In this document: in pieces, positions 1 to 10,524 of the stretch
Layout: each line of letters begins with the position of its first letter
Numbering within the stretch: position 1 is the first letter of the stretch
From: Phormidesmis sp.
GTDB taxonomy: Bacteria > Cyanobacteriota > Cyanobacteriia > Leptolyngbyales > Leptolyngbyaceae
DNA: 64,000 nt
Direction of reading: 5' to 3'
Assembly (NCBI GenBank): GCA_965248535.1
Contig: CBDFJR010000002.1
Location: 800,001-864,000, forward strand
Notes under the pieces: generated by a model
Database searches by the model: none
What the model was told of the DNA's origin: nothing
The model's input: the letters and a program-made list of their open reading frames with translations, nothing else
Program-made: the position numbers and the translations under genes

Positions 1-1032
1 CAGCCCAAGCAATATGACATTTTTGATGGGGAATATTTCAGTCTACCCCTAGTGTTTCCATCAGGAAATCTGCAACCGCTGGAGGTGAAGAAGATCAAAA
101 ACTGGGACAAAATTGTTTCCTACTTCACCACAGGCAAATTTGCTGACGGGGCAAAGGTGAACACGTCGCAAGGAACAGCGCCCTTCAAGGTGATGTATGT
201 CAAAGCCAAAGATTCTAAAGAGTTTTCACCCACGCCGACCGACTGGGCCACGTTGATTCCGTTTCAATACAATGCTGACACCTTGGGCTATCGACCTGAC
301 CTGACGGGCAAAAAGATCGAATCTTGGGCAGAACTGCTTGATCCCAAATATAAAGGCAAAACGGCCTTGTTGGATATTCCCTCGATCGGGATCATGGATG
401 CCGCCATGGTCTTAGAAGCCGCAAACTTGATGAAGTTTGGCGACAAGGGCAACATGACCAAAGCAGAACTCGATAAAGTCACCGACATGCTGATCAAGCT
501 CAAAAAAGAGGGGCAGTTTCGAGCCTTTTGGAAAAACTTTGACGAGTCGGTCAACCTGATGTCATCGGGGGAAGTAGTGCTGCAATCGATGTGGTCGCCT
601 GCGGTGACAGCCGTTAAAGCACGAGGAATTGGCTGCGTCTATGCTCCCCTCAAAGAAGGCTATCGCGGCTGGGGTGGCGGCATTGGCATCTCTAAAAACT
701 TACAAGGGGTCGCCCTTGATGCCGCCTACGAGTATCTCAACTGGATGCTAGATGGCTGGATGGGCGGATTTTTGGCTCGTCAAGGCTACTACAGCGCTGC
801 ACCAGAGACTGCCCGCAAGTTTATGAAGCCAGAAGAGTGGGATTTTTGGTATGAAGGCAAACCAGCAGCGATCGACATCATTGATCCCTTTGGCAAAAAG
901 ATTGAGTCGAAGGGGGCAGTCCGAGATGGGGGTTCCTTTAGAGATCGCTTTGCCAATATTGTTTGCTGGAACTCAGTCATGCAAGAACAGACCTACCTAG
1001 TGCAGAAGTGGAACGAGTTTGTGGCGGCTTAA
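1..1032 (+). CDS. PotD/PotF-family ABC transporter substrate-binding protein (5'-truncated by the window edge)
   Basis: The frame is open from base 1 (QPKQYDIFDGEYFSLPLV...). Motifs SWAELLDPKYKGK, ESVNLMSSGEVVLQSMWSPA and LKEGYRGW are present. PotB/C-like permeases follow. Confidence 0.85.
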   Translation, partial: QPKQYDIFDGEYFSLPLVFPSGNLQPLEVKKIKNWDKIVSYFTTGKFADGAKVNTSQGTAPFKVMYVKAKDSKEFSPTPTDWATLIPFQYNADTLGYRPDLTGKKIESWAELLDPKYKGKTALLDIPSIGIMDAAMVLEAANLMKFGDKGNMTKAELDKVTDMLIKLKKEGQFRAFWKNFDESVNLMSSGEVVLQSMWSPAVTAVKARGIGCVYAPLKEGYRGWGGGIGISKNLQGVALDAAYEYLNWMLDGWMGGFLARQGYYSAAPETARKFMKPEEWDFWYEGKPAAIDIIDPFGKKIESKGAVRDGGSFRDRFANIVCWNSVMQEQTYLVQKWNEFVAA

Positions 1033-1047
1033 CCGTTGGAGACGTGT

Positions 1048-1120
1048 GTAGGTTGGGTTAGAGAATAGCAAAACCCAGCCCTTTATCAGGATTGGACGCT
1101 GTAATTTCAGCCCAATCTAC
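1048..1120. repeat. REP-like intergenic inverted repeat (GTAGGTTGGGTT...AGCCCAATCTAC)
   Basis: Imperfect terminal inverted repeat with GTAG/CTAC ends and an internal hairpin, between the binding-protein and porin genes. Confidence 0.55.
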
Positions 1121-1164
1121 AGCCCTGAGAGTGATTTTATAACCGTTGGTGAGAGGAGTTGAAT

Positions 1165-2877
1165 ATGTTGACGTTACTCAGAACCGTCCTGGGGCGGAGT
1201 TCTATGGTCTTGATGGGGTTGGTGATATCTGCTCAAGTGCCGCTGGCTCAGAAGACCGTGGCTGAAACTGCTCCGGTTTCTTTATCGGTTGATACTGGGG
1301 CTGCTTCCTCAAAGCAGATTGATTCCGATGCTCAGAACGCTCTTCAAGATCAGGTGACATCTGTCTCCCAGCTTTCTGATGTTAGACCCACTGATTGGGC
1401 CTTTCAGGCCCTGCAATCGCTGGTTGAACGCTATGGCTGCATTGCGGGATATCCCGATAAAACCTATCGAGGCAATCGGGCCCTGACTCGCTATGAGTTT
1501 GCGGCAGGGTTAAATGCGTGTCTCGATCGGGTGAATGAACTGATCGCAGCCGCCACCGCAGACCTGGTTAAAAAAGAAGACCTGGCAACCCTGCAAAAAC
1601 TGCAACAAGAGTTTGCAGCAGAGCTAGCCACCCTGCGGGGGCGAGTCGATGCGTTAGAAGCGCGAACAACCACCCTTGAAAAGCAACAATTTTCTACCAC
1701 AACCAAGCTGAATGGTCATGTGGTTTTTGCCATGGTGAATGCGTTTGGCGGCAAAAAAGCCATCACCTCTGGAGCCAATCTGCGACCCGCAACGCCTGGT
1801 GAGTTTGGGGGCGGCCCCGGTGCTAGACCTGTGCCTGCTCCGACTGATGTTGATAAAAACTTGATCTTCACCGATCGGGTGCGGTTAATTCTAACGTCTA
1901 GCTTCACGGGCAAAGACAAGCTGATCATGCGACTGCAAGCAGGCAACACTCCATCATTAGCCGATGCCACAGGCACACCGTCTTCTAAGCTGGCGTTCAC
2001 CTCGCCCAGCAACAATGCTCTCAGCGTCAACCAGCTAGAATATCGCTTTCCATTGGGCGATCGGGGCACATTTTACGCCGAAGCCTTTGGATTTCTAGAT
2101 CTCTTTGTGCCCACACTCCATCCTCTCGATGGTGACTATGACACGGTGTTGACGGGGTTTGCTTTGCGGAGTCCGATTTACTTTCCCAGTGGGGTGACGG
2201 GTGCAGGGTTTAACTACAACATCACCGATGCCATTAATATCGGCGGCGGTTATCTAGCCGGAACGCCTACGGCTAACAATCCTGCCTCTGGTGTAGGTGC
2301 GGGTGGGTTGTTTAACGGCCCCTATGGTGCTCTAGGACAAGTGACGATTAGACCGTTTGATAAGTTTGCGATCGCGCTCACCTATCTGCACTCTTACGAC
2401 GACGGCAGCGGCAACGCGCCCCCCGGTGGATTTTTTGGCGGCACCAACTCCGCCTTTCCCTTTGGCCCCTTTGCCACCTCAAACAATGGCTATGGCGTAG
2501 AAGCACAATATGCCTTTAGTCCCCAATTTTCGCTCAGTGGCTGGTACTACTACGCCAACGCTAAGGCAGAAGGCGGGTTTGGCAAAGGAGCCAATGCCAC
2601 CATTCAGTCTTGGGCCGTGGCACTGGCGTTTCCAGACTTGTTGAAAAAAGGAAACCTAGGCGGTGTGGTGGTCGGAATGCCTTCAAAAGTCACGCAGAAT
2701 GATGTGAGAGGATTTGCCGATCGAGACACTGCCATTCAGCTTGAAGCCTTTTATAAAGTTCAGGTCACCGATCACATCGGCATTACTCCCGGTGTGGTGG
2801 TGATCACCAATCCAGAACACAACCGCAACAATGACACGATTTTTGTTGGTTTAATCCGAACTAATTTCAATTTCTAA
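1165..2877 (+). CDS. Cyanobacterial SLH-domain outer-membrane porin (SomA/OprB-like, 'iron uptake porin' family)
   Basis: Motifs QVTSVSQLSDVRPTDWAFQALQSLVERYGCIAGYPD, TRYEFAAGLNAC and FSTTTKL, a coiled coil and a C-terminal Phe. RBS GAGAGGAG precedes ATG 1165. Confidence 0.92.
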   Translation: MLTLLRTVLGRSSMVLMGLVISAQVPLAQKTVAETAPVSLSVDTGAASSKQIDSDAQNALQDQVTSVSQLSDVRPTDWAFQALQSLVERYGCIAGYPDKTYRGNRALTRYEFAAGLNACLDRVNELIAAATADLVKKEDLATLQKLQQEFAAELATLRGRVDALEARTTTLEKQQFSTTTKLNGHVVFAMVNAFGGKKAITSGANLRPATPGEFGGGPGARPVPAPTDVDKNLIFTDRVRLILTSSFTGKDKLIMRLQAGNTPSLADATGTPSSKLAFTSPSNNALSVNQLEYRFPLGDRGTFYAEAFGFLDLFVPTLHPLDGDYDTVLTGFALRSPIYFPSGVTGAGFNYNITDAINIGGGYLAGTPTANNPASGVGAGGLFNGPYGALGQVTIRPFDKFAIALTYLHSYDDGSGNAPPGGFFGGTNSAFPFGPFATSNNGYGVEAQYAFSPQFSLSGWYYYANAKAEGGFGKGANATIQSWAVALAFPDLLKKGNLGGVVVGMPSKVTQNDVRGFADRDTAIQLEAFYKVQVTDHIGITPGVVVITNPEHNRNNDTIFVGLIRTNFNF

Positions 2878-2901
2878 TCGGGTTATAACCAATCCATCCC
2901 A

Positions 2902-2935
2902 GTAGGGCAGGTTTGGTGATCCCAACGCCTGCCCT
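2902..2935. repeat. REP-like hairpin GTAGGGCAGG...CCTGCCCT
   Basis: Intergenic inverted repeat with a GTAG foot. Confidence 0.45.
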
Positions 2936-2962
2936 TGGCTCCCATCCTCAAGCGGAACCCCT

Positions 2963-3877
2963 ATGACAGCCACTCAAAATCGCTCAACCTCTGCGCTGCC
3001 TGTTCGCCCCAGTCGAGCAAAACCGTTTAACTGGAAGGCTCTTCAGCCCTATCTGCTAGTCTCTCCCCAAACGATCGTGCTGCTGTTGTTTTTGGTGTTG
3101 CCGATCGTGGCCATCATCACCGTCAGTTTTTGGAACTTCAATGGCTATTCAATGGTTCCTGGCTTTACGCTGGCGAATTACATCACGGTTTTTACGTCTA
3201 AAGTCACGGTCGCGACTTACCTCAACACGTTTAAGTTTGCGGCAGTGGTGTGGTTGATTTGTCTGCTGATTGGTTACCCGGTTGCCTATTTTCTGTCATT
3301 TCACATTAAAAACTCAACGTGGCAAACGATTCTATTTTTGATTTGCACGGTGCCGTTTTTGACCTCAAACATCATTCGGATGATTTCCTGGATTCCTTTT
3401 TTAGGGCGAGAAGGATTGTTAAACCAGGCGTTGATGGGGCTGCATTTAACCGATCAGCCAGTGGAAATGTTTCTGTTTTCTGACTTCTCAGTGATTTTGG
3501 CAATGGTGCATCTCTATGCGCTATTTATGGTGGCACCCATTTTTAACAGCATGATGCGAATCGATCGGGCGCTGGTGTCTGCGGCCGAAGATGCAGGGGC
3601 ATCGCCCTTTCAAATTCAGAAAGAAATCATCTTGCCCTTATCAGCGTCAGGAATTGCGATCGGCACTATTTTTATCGTCACCCTAGTGATGGGAGAGTTT
3701 GCCACCGTGCGGCTGATGGGCGGCGGACAGGTGGCCTCAGTGGGCAACTTGATTAAAAACCAGATTGGCAGTTTGCAATATCCCCTGGCTGCTGCAAATG
3801 CGGTCATTTTGCTGATCATTACGCTAATTTTGGTCGTGGCTATTTTGCGCGTCGTCGATATTCGTAAAGAACTGTAG
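2963..3877 (+). CDS. ABC transporter permease, PotB family
   Basis: Hydrophobic multi-TM protein with an EAA-type loop (SAAEDAGAS). Confidence 0.88.
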   Translation: MTATQNRSTSALPVRPSRAKPFNWKALQPYLLVSPQTIVLLLFLVLPIVAIITVSFWNFNGYSMVPGFTLANYITVFTSKVTVATYLNTFKFAAVVWLICLLIGYPVAYFLSFHIKNSTWQTILFLICTVPFLTSNIIRMISWIPFLGREGLLNQALMGLHLTDQPVEMFLFSDFSVILAMVHLYALFMVAPIFNSMMRIDRALVSAAEDAGASPFQIQKEIILPLSASGIAIGTIFIVTLVMGEFATVRLMGGGQVASVGNLIKNQIGSLQYPLAAANAVILLIITLILVVAILRVVDIRKEL

Positions 3878-3884
3878 AGGCATC

Positions 3885-4709
3885 ATGGAAAAAAAACGTC
3901 CTCTCTCTTACTATTTGCTGGCTGGTTTTTTTGGTCTGTTTGTGCTGTTTCTCTACGGCCCCATGTCCGCCATTTTTATTCTGTCGCTGCAAGGCCCTGA
4001 AGGCAATTTAACCTTTCCGATGAAGGGGTTTAGCCTGATGTGGATGCAGTCAGTGTTTGAGGAACAGCGAGTCGGAAACTTTGTCGATGCATTTTGGCGA
4101 TCGCTCTGGTTAGGGTTGATTGTCATGGGGTTGACCGTTCTCTTCAGCGTCATGTCGGGCATGGCATTTCGCGGCCGCTTCAAAGGCTCAAATGTGATTT
4201 TTTATCTCACCATTTCTAGTCTGATTGTTCCCAGCATTCTGATCTCGTTGGGGATTGCAGTCGTGTTTAACCTATTAGGGTTAGAAAACGCCTGGTATAC
4301 CTCAGCATTAGGCGCGCATCTGACTTGGACAATTCCGTTTGCATTCTTAATTATGTTAGGCATCTTTGGGCGGTTTAACCCTGCCTATGAAGAAGCGTCT
4401 CGTGATCTGGGTGCCAATGATGTCACAACATTCTGGCAGATTGTTTTTCCGCTCATTGCGTCTAGTGTGGTGGGGGTGGCATTGCTGAGTTTCACGTTGT
4501 CCTACGATGAGTTTACGCGCACGTCTTTGGCATCGGGTGACACAAACACCCTGCCCCTAGAAATCTTTGGCATGACGACTAACGTCACGTCTCCGGCGCT
4601 CTATGCGTTAGGCACTCTCACAACGATTTTTTCGTTTGCCTTGATTGGACTGACTCTATTTGTGATCACCTATCTCTCAAAGCGGCAGAGCCAGCCAAAG
4701 CGCGAGTAG
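3885..4709 (+). CDS. ABC transporter permease, PotC family
   Basis: EEASRDLGA loop and motifs FTLSYDEF and TLPLEIF. Confidence 0.88.
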   Translation: MEKKRPLSYYLLAGFFGLFVLFLYGPMSAIFILSLQGPEGNLTFPMKGFSLMWMQSVFEEQRVGNFVDAFWRSLWLGLIVMGLTVLFSVMSGMAFRGRFKGSNVIFYLTISSLIVPSILISLGIAVVFNLLGLENAWYTSALGAHLTWTIPFAFLIMLGIFGRFNPAYEEASRDLGANDVTTFWQIVFPLIASSVVGVALLSFTLSYDEFTRTSLASGDTNTLPLEIFGMTTNVTSPALYALGTLTTIFSFALIGLTLFVITYLSKRQSQPKRE

Positions 4710-4976
4710 GTAGTTTAGCCAAATTTAATTCTGATCTTTTATGGGAGATGGACGATCGCGGTTGCATCCAGACGAAAGGGAGGAAGATAGAATCACTAAC
4801 CTGAGAGGACTTTAATTCAAATAGTTTAGAAGGGCTTAGGGCAATCTAGTGCTCAGAGATTTATGAAAGCGATCGCAATCGAGCACTTGCCAGTACTATT
4901 TGCTTGAGCACTTTACGCCAGATAGCGTATATATTGGCTCACTCTCACCGTTCCGTAAGCTCTTCTTCTGATTTTT

Positions 4977-7605
4977 ATGTGGCAAACTGTCTTTCTCAAG
5001 CGTCTGCCTCGATTGCTCCAACCCAATCAGCTAGCCATCTTTGAGGCGTGTTTGATCGGGTTGATCTCTGGTTTAGCCGCGGTCTTGCTCAAGCAAGGAA
5101 CGGGCGCGATCGGAGGGTGGCGTTTGCACCTTGCCCAACAATATCCAGTCTGGATCGCCTTGCCCATCGTCGGCTTGGTGGGAGGATTTTTGGCTGGGTT
5201 GCTGATTGAGCGAGCCGCCCCCGAAGCCACCGGAAGCGGCATTCCGCAAGTGAAAGCTGCTTTGGGTCATGTCTCGATCGCTCTGAATGCGCGAGTGGCG
5301 ATCGTCAAACTTTTGAGCACGCTGCTCTCGCTGGGATCGGGTTTAACCCTGGGGCGACAAGGCCCGACCGTGCAAATCGGAGCCGCGATCGCCGCTCAAC
5401 TCAGCGCCTGGGTGCCCACCTCGCCCGAACATCGCCGCCAGTTGATCGCGGCCGGGGCGGCCGCCGGACTCGCGGCCGGGTTTAATGCCCCGATCGCCGG
5501 GGTCTTATTCGTCGTCGAAGAACTGCTGCAAGACGTGTCAGGGCTGACCTTGGGAACCGCCATTTTGGCCTCGTTTATCGGGGCAGTTGTGTCGCGGCTT
5601 TTGGGCGGTGGCGGACTGAATGTGAACATGACTGGGCTGTATACCAGCTTCTCGATCGCCGAGATTCCGATTTTCATCGGGCTAGGAATTTTGGCGGGGC
5701 TGTTTGGGTCTTTGTTTAGTCGCGGGGTGCTGTTGAGTCTGACGGTGAATCGGCGTTTTTTAAAAGTTGGCCTACCGTTAAAAATCGGGTTTGCCGGGTT
5801 GATCTCTGGGTTGGCCGTCGCCTTTCTTCCGGCGGTTTTGCGCGATAACGCCAGCCTCCAAGAAGTGTGGCTCACAAGCGAACTAGGCTGGAAGATTACG
5901 GCCGTGCTCTTCGTCACCAAATTCATTTTGACGCTTGATCGCGTCTGGGTCAGGGGCCCCTGGCGGTTTATTTGCTCCCTCGCTGATTTTAGGGTCTGCC
6001 CTAGGCTATCTCGTCAGCACGGCGGCCCAACATTTGCAGTTGATGGGCATTCCTCTAGGGGTTGAGTTTGGCGAAGGACTGATCACCACCTCAGCTTTGA
6101 CGGGCATGGGAGCCTTTTTTAGTGCTGTCACCAGAGGCCCGATCACGGCGATCGTGATTGTCTTTGAGATGACGACTAACTTTAATCTCGTTTTGCCGTT
6201 GATGATCGGGTCGGTGACGGCTTATCTCGTGGCCGAAAGTCTCTACAGTGGCTCGATTTATAAACATTTGCTGGCCTCAAACGGCATTCATCTCAAGCCA
6301 GAAACGGCGATCGATGCCCGTCTCGCGGGGTTGACGGCCGCCGATATCATGCAGCGCCGCGTCGAAACGGTTTCGAGTCAGATGCGATTAGATGAAGCGA
6401 TTCAGGCGTTTTCACGATCGCACCATCGCGGCTTTCCGGTTGTCGATGACGGCAAGCTAGTGGGGATCATTACCCAGAGCGACTTGACGAGAATTCATGA
6501 GCGACATCTGGCAGGCGATTTGTTTCTAAATCTAATCATGACTCCTAACCCGGTCACGGTTAGCCCGACGGCTCCCCTGTCTCAGGTGCTCTATCTGCTG
6601 AACCGATTTAAGATCAGTCGTCTGCCCGTGCTCGATCGCCGTAACCTGTTGGGAATCATCACCCGCGCTGACATTATTCGCGCTGAGTCTGAGCAGTTGA
6701 GCGGCGATCGTCAGGTCGGCCCGCAGCCCGATCCCTCTTATGTGGTTTATCAAACCCGTGCGCCAGCCGTCGGACAAGGGCGTTTGCTCGTGCCGATCTC
6801 TAACCCCCAGACGGCTGAGTCTCTGCTGCAAATGGCGGCCGCGATCGCCCGTGAGCGCCACTATGAGTTGGAGTGCCTGCAAGTCATTTTGATTTCGCGA
6901 CATCAAGCCCCCGCAGAGACGGCGGTTTCGACCACGATCAGCCGTCGTCTCTTAAAACGGGCGGCGCGGCTGGGCGAAGAGTGGCAGATTCCAGTGCATA
7001 CTCAAGTGCGCGTTACTCACGATGTTGCCCACGCCATTTTAGAAGCCGTTAAAGATCGCCACATTAACCTGCTGCTCATGGGCTGGAAGGGCAGCACCGT
7101 CACACCGGGGCGAGTCTTTGGCAATGTGGTCGATACGATTATTCGGCAGGCGAGTTGTGATGTGGTGTTGATCAAAAATCCCAGTGCTGGCGATGCGGCT
7201 TTGCCACCTAAGCTCGATCGCTGGCTGATTCCCACGGCGGGCGGGCCCAATTCTCGGCAGGCGATTCAGCTTTTGCCTGCGTTTGCGCGGTTGACCACAA
7301 AGCCCCAAGTCTTTTTGTGTCAGGTGCATCAGCCTGAGCAATCGCCTGCTGATATCGAAGCGCTCAAAGATGCGATGGTGTTTTTGAGCAATCGTCTGCG
7401 GTGCCCGGTGATGCTGCGATCGGTGTGCGCCAAATCGGTGTCTGAAGCCGTAGTCGATCTGGCTCAAAAAGATCAGTGTGATGTGATTGTGCTAGGCGCA
7501 ACCAGAGAAGGACTGCTGCAACAGGTGATCAAAGGCAACATTCCTGAAGAGATTGCGCGGCAGTGTGACTGTACGGTAATTTTGGTACGAAGCGCGATCA
7601 AATAA
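4977..7605 (+). CDS. ClC chloride channel/antiporter with 2 CBS and 2 USP-like domains; +1 frameshift near 5934 as written
   Basis: ClC motifs GSGIP, GRQGP and GGLFAP, then a CBS pair (HHRGFPVVD, ISRLPVLD) and USP-like domains. ORFs 4977-6065 and 5935-7605 join if one T is removed from 'acgcttgatc'. Confidence 0.88.
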
Positions 7606-7684
7606 AAAGCTGTTCGATTTGATACATTCTCAAAAAGAGCGATCGCGTTAAGTGGAACTAAAGTTTGTGTTTGAGATATCCCGT

Positions 7685-8947
7685 ATGAGATTGAATGGTC
7701 TGCTCGTTAAGTTGATCAACTACCCGGCTCTAAAGTCTTGGAGACTGATCGCGGTTTTAGGGCTGCTGCTAGGGTCGTGTGGCAGTCCCAGTGCTAAGTC
7801 ACCCCCTGATGCAGCCCCTCAAGGGTCGCCTGCTGCCGGAAAAGACTTTACGATCGGCATGGTGCTAGTTGGGCCAAAACAAGATGGCGGCTGGAATCAA
7901 GCCCAATTTGAAGGACTTCAAACAGCGTTGAAGACAATTCCTGGCACCAAATTAGAATATGTCGATAAAGTTAACGGGGGCGATCGTCCCAATGTTAAAG
8001 GCTCTCAAGTTGCCGATGATCTGATCAGCAAAGGGGCTAAGTTTATCATTTTTAACTCTGATGATTTCAAAGATGACGCGCTGGCTACTGCTAAGAAACA
8101 TCCCGATGTGACGGTGATTCACGCCTCTGGTGACTATGCCTGGAAGGACGGAAAAAACTTTAAAAATCAGCCAAACTTGGGCAACATCATGGGGCGGATG
8201 GAGTATGGCAAGATGATTGCAGGCTGCGCGGCAGCTTTGGGCACCGAGACCGGAAAGATCGGCTATCTGGGGCCCTTAATTAACGACGAAACCCGCCGCT
8301 ATTCATCATCTGCCTACCTAGGGGCAAAATATTGTTGGCAAACCTATCGCCAAAAAAAGGCAGAAGACCTCACCTTTAAAGTCACCTGGATCGGGTTTTG
8401 GTTCAACATTCCGGGTAAGACGCTAGACCCGACTAAAGTTGCAGATGACTATTACAACGGTGGCTATGATGTCGTGATGTCAGGCATCGACACGCCCGAA
8501 GCAGCGGTGCAGGGCAAAAAAGCGGCAGAAGCGGGCAAAAAGGTGAAATTTGTTCACTATGACTTAGCCTCTGGCTGCAATTTAGCGCCTGATATTTGTC
8601 TGGGTGTGCCTTACTACAATTGGTCGTTTCCCTATGCCAACTCGATTAAGAAAGCGATCGCGGGCAGCTACACCAGCGAATTCACCTGGCTGGCACCCGA
8701 TTGGAAAAATATCAACAGTGCTGAAACGTCAATGGTCGGCTTCAACCCTGGCGCGGCCCTAGGCGACAACAAAAAGTTTTTAGATGCGTTCATCAAAGGC
8801 TTAGGAGACGGCAGCATTAATCCTTTGAAAGGCCCGTTAAACTTTCAAGACGGAACGCCTTTCTTAAAAGCTGGAGAAACCGCCACCGATCAGCAGATTT
8901 GGTATTTGCCCCAACTGTTAGCAGGCATGGAAGGATCGAGCAAATAA
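7685..8947 (+). CDS. BMP-family ABC substrate-binding lipoprotein (purine/nucleoside type)
   Basis: Lipobox LLLGSC and motifs VGPKQDGGWNQAQFEG and VTWIGFWF. The start codon is uncertain (7652 or 7685). Confidence 0.88.
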   Translation: MRLNGLLVKLINYPALKSWRLIAVLGLLLGSCGSPSAKSPPDAAPQGSPAAGKDFTIGMVLVGPKQDGGWNQAQFEGLQTALKTIPGTKLEYVDKVNGGDRPNVKGSQVADDLISKGAKFIIFNSDDFKDDALATAKKHPDVTVIHASGDYAWKDGKNFKNQPNLGNIMGRMEYGKMIAGCAAALGTETGKIGYLGPLINDETRRYSSSAYLGAKYCWQTYRQKKAEDLTFKVTWIGFWFNIPGKTLDPTKVADDYYNGGYDVVMSGIDTPEAAVQGKKAAEAGKKVKFVHYDLASGCNLAPDICLGVPYYNWSFPYANSIKKAIAGSYTSEFTWLAPDWKNINSAETSMVGFNPGAALGDNKKFLDAFIKGLGDGSINPLKGPLNFQDGTPFLKAGETATDQQIWYLPQLLAGMEGSSK

Positions 8948-8954
8948 AGTCACT

Positions 8955-8982
8955 CTAGGGGCGCGGCAGGGCCGTGCCCTAG
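8955..8982. repeat. REP-like hairpin of the GGGCACGGCA..TGCCGTGCCC family
   Basis: ctaggggcgcggcagggccgtgccctag; same family as the copies near 11682, 11716, 13435, 42832 and 61645. Confidence 0.6.
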
Positions 8983-9033
8983 GGTTGCATTAGTCCCAAG
9001 TCGCTCATCAATAGAACCCGATAATAGAACCCG

Positions 9034-10524
9034 ATGAAAGTCGAACTTCAAAGCATTTCAAAACGGTTTGGCAATGTGCAAGCGAATGATCAAGTTTCGC
9101 TGGTGGTCGAAGCCGGAACTATTCACGGGTTGTTAGGCGAAAATGGAGCCGGAAAAAGCACGCTCGTCAAAGTGCTGAGTGGGTTCATCAGCCGAGATGC
9201 CGGGGCAGTCTTGCTAGACAAAAAATCGGTAGAAATTAAAACGCCTGCTGACGCGATCGCGGCGGGCATTGGGATGCTGCACCAAGACCCGTTAGACTTT
9301 CCGCCGCTGTCGGTGTTAGAAAATTTTATGGTGGGCAAACCTGGAACTGGATTGATTGATCGGCGGCGATCGCTGCGCCAATTACGGCAGTTGGCGGCCG
9401 CTTTTAACTTCAATCTCAACGGCTATGAAACCGTCAACAATCTCACCGTGGGCGAACGTCAGCAGTTAGAACTTCTGCGGCTGTTGTCGTTGGGGGTGAA
9501 CATCCTGATCTTAGACGAACCCACTACTGGAATTTCTGCCTCTCAAAAAACCGCATTGTTCACGGCAGTCAAGCAGCTAGCCGCCGAGGGAAAATCGATT
9601 ATTTTTGTCTCCCACAAGCTAGAAGATGTTGAAGAATTGTGCGATCGTGTCACGGTTTTGCGGCACGGCAAAGTCATGGGCCGGGCTGAGATTCCCTGCG
9701 CGGATGCGGTGCTGATCGAGATGATGTTTGGGCGCGAACTAGCTCCACCCCTTAAGCCCCAGACTCGTCAAGCCGAAACCATGCTGCACCTGGAAAAAAT
9801 TCGGGTTGCCACCGATCGCTTGACGCTTTGCCTCGACGATCTCACCGTCTATAAAGGTGAAGTGATCGGACTCGCCGGACTCGAAGGCAGTGGACAACAA
9901 TTGTTGCTATTGCTCTGTGCGGGGTTGCTGCATTCTGCTTCAGGACAACTGACAATTAATGGTGCAGACATGACGCGCCAACCCTACTCAGACTATCTCG
10001 ATCGGGGCATTGGATACTTGCCCGCCGATCGCTTAAAAGAAGGATTGGTGAGGGGTCTGTCGATTCACGATCACGTCGCCTTACGGACTCCTACCCGCAG
10101 TTTATTTGTCGATTGGCAAGCAACCTTAAAGCAAACGGTGCAAGCGATCGCGACCTTTAACATTCGCGGCAAGCCCAACACTCCAGTCGAACGATTGTCA
10201 GGCGGCAATCAACAGCGCACTCAATTAGCCTTGCTGCCAGTGCCTTTAAATTTGTTGTTAATGGAGCACCCAACACGGGGCTTAGATATCGAATCTGTAT
10301 TATGGGTGTGGCAACAGTTGATTACTCGATGTCAAACGGGCACGACCATTTTGTTTATGTCCTCTGATTTAGATGAGATTATGCGCTACAGCGATCGGGT
10401 GATCGTGTTTAGTGGGGGGAAAGCGTCTCGCCCGATCGCCGTTACTGATCTCACCGCCGATCGCTTAGGAGAATTGATCGGCGGTCGTTTAAGCGATGCA
10501 ATGGAGCTATCAGCAATCTCATGA
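9034..10524 (+). CDS. ABC transporter ATP-binding protein with duplicated NBD (sugar/nucleoside type)
   Basis: Motifs GENGAGKS, LILDEPT, LSGGNQQ and HPTRGLD. Confidence 0.92.
   Translation: MKVELQSISKRFGNVQANDQVSLVVEAGTIHGLLGENGAGKSTLVKVLSGFISRDAGAVLLDKKSVEIKTPADAIAAGIGMLHQDPLDFPPLSVLENFMVGKPGTGLIDRRRSLRQLRQLAAAFNFNLNGYETVNNLTVGERQQLELLRLLSLGVNILILDEPTTGISASQKTALFTAVKQLAAEGKSIIFVSHKLEDVEELCDRVTVLRHGKVMGRAEIPCADAVLIEMMFGRELAPPLKPQTRQAETMLHLEKIRVATDRLTLCLDDLTVYKGEVIGLAGLEGSGQQLLLLLCAGLLHSASGQLTINGADMTRQPYSDYLDRGIGYLPADRLKEGLVRGLSIHDHVALRTPTRSLFVDWQATLKQTVQAIATFNIRGKPNTPVERLSGGNQQRTQLALLPVPLNLLLMEHPTRGLDIESVLWVWQQLITRCQTGTTILFMSSDLDEIMRYSDRVIVFSGGKASRPIAVTDLTADRLGELIGGRLSDAMELSAIS

Noticed and set aside
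5930..5940. Programmed ribosomal frameshifting in clc, hlyB or acs
   Set aside because: No slippery heptamer or clear stimulatory structure was seen, and no such recoding is known to me for these families. Sequencing error is more parsimonious.
9010..9035. 13-bp tandem duplication AATAGAACCCGAT x2 at the ABC ATPase start
   Set aside because: It is real but isolated, with no element between the copies, so it cannot be called a target-site duplication.
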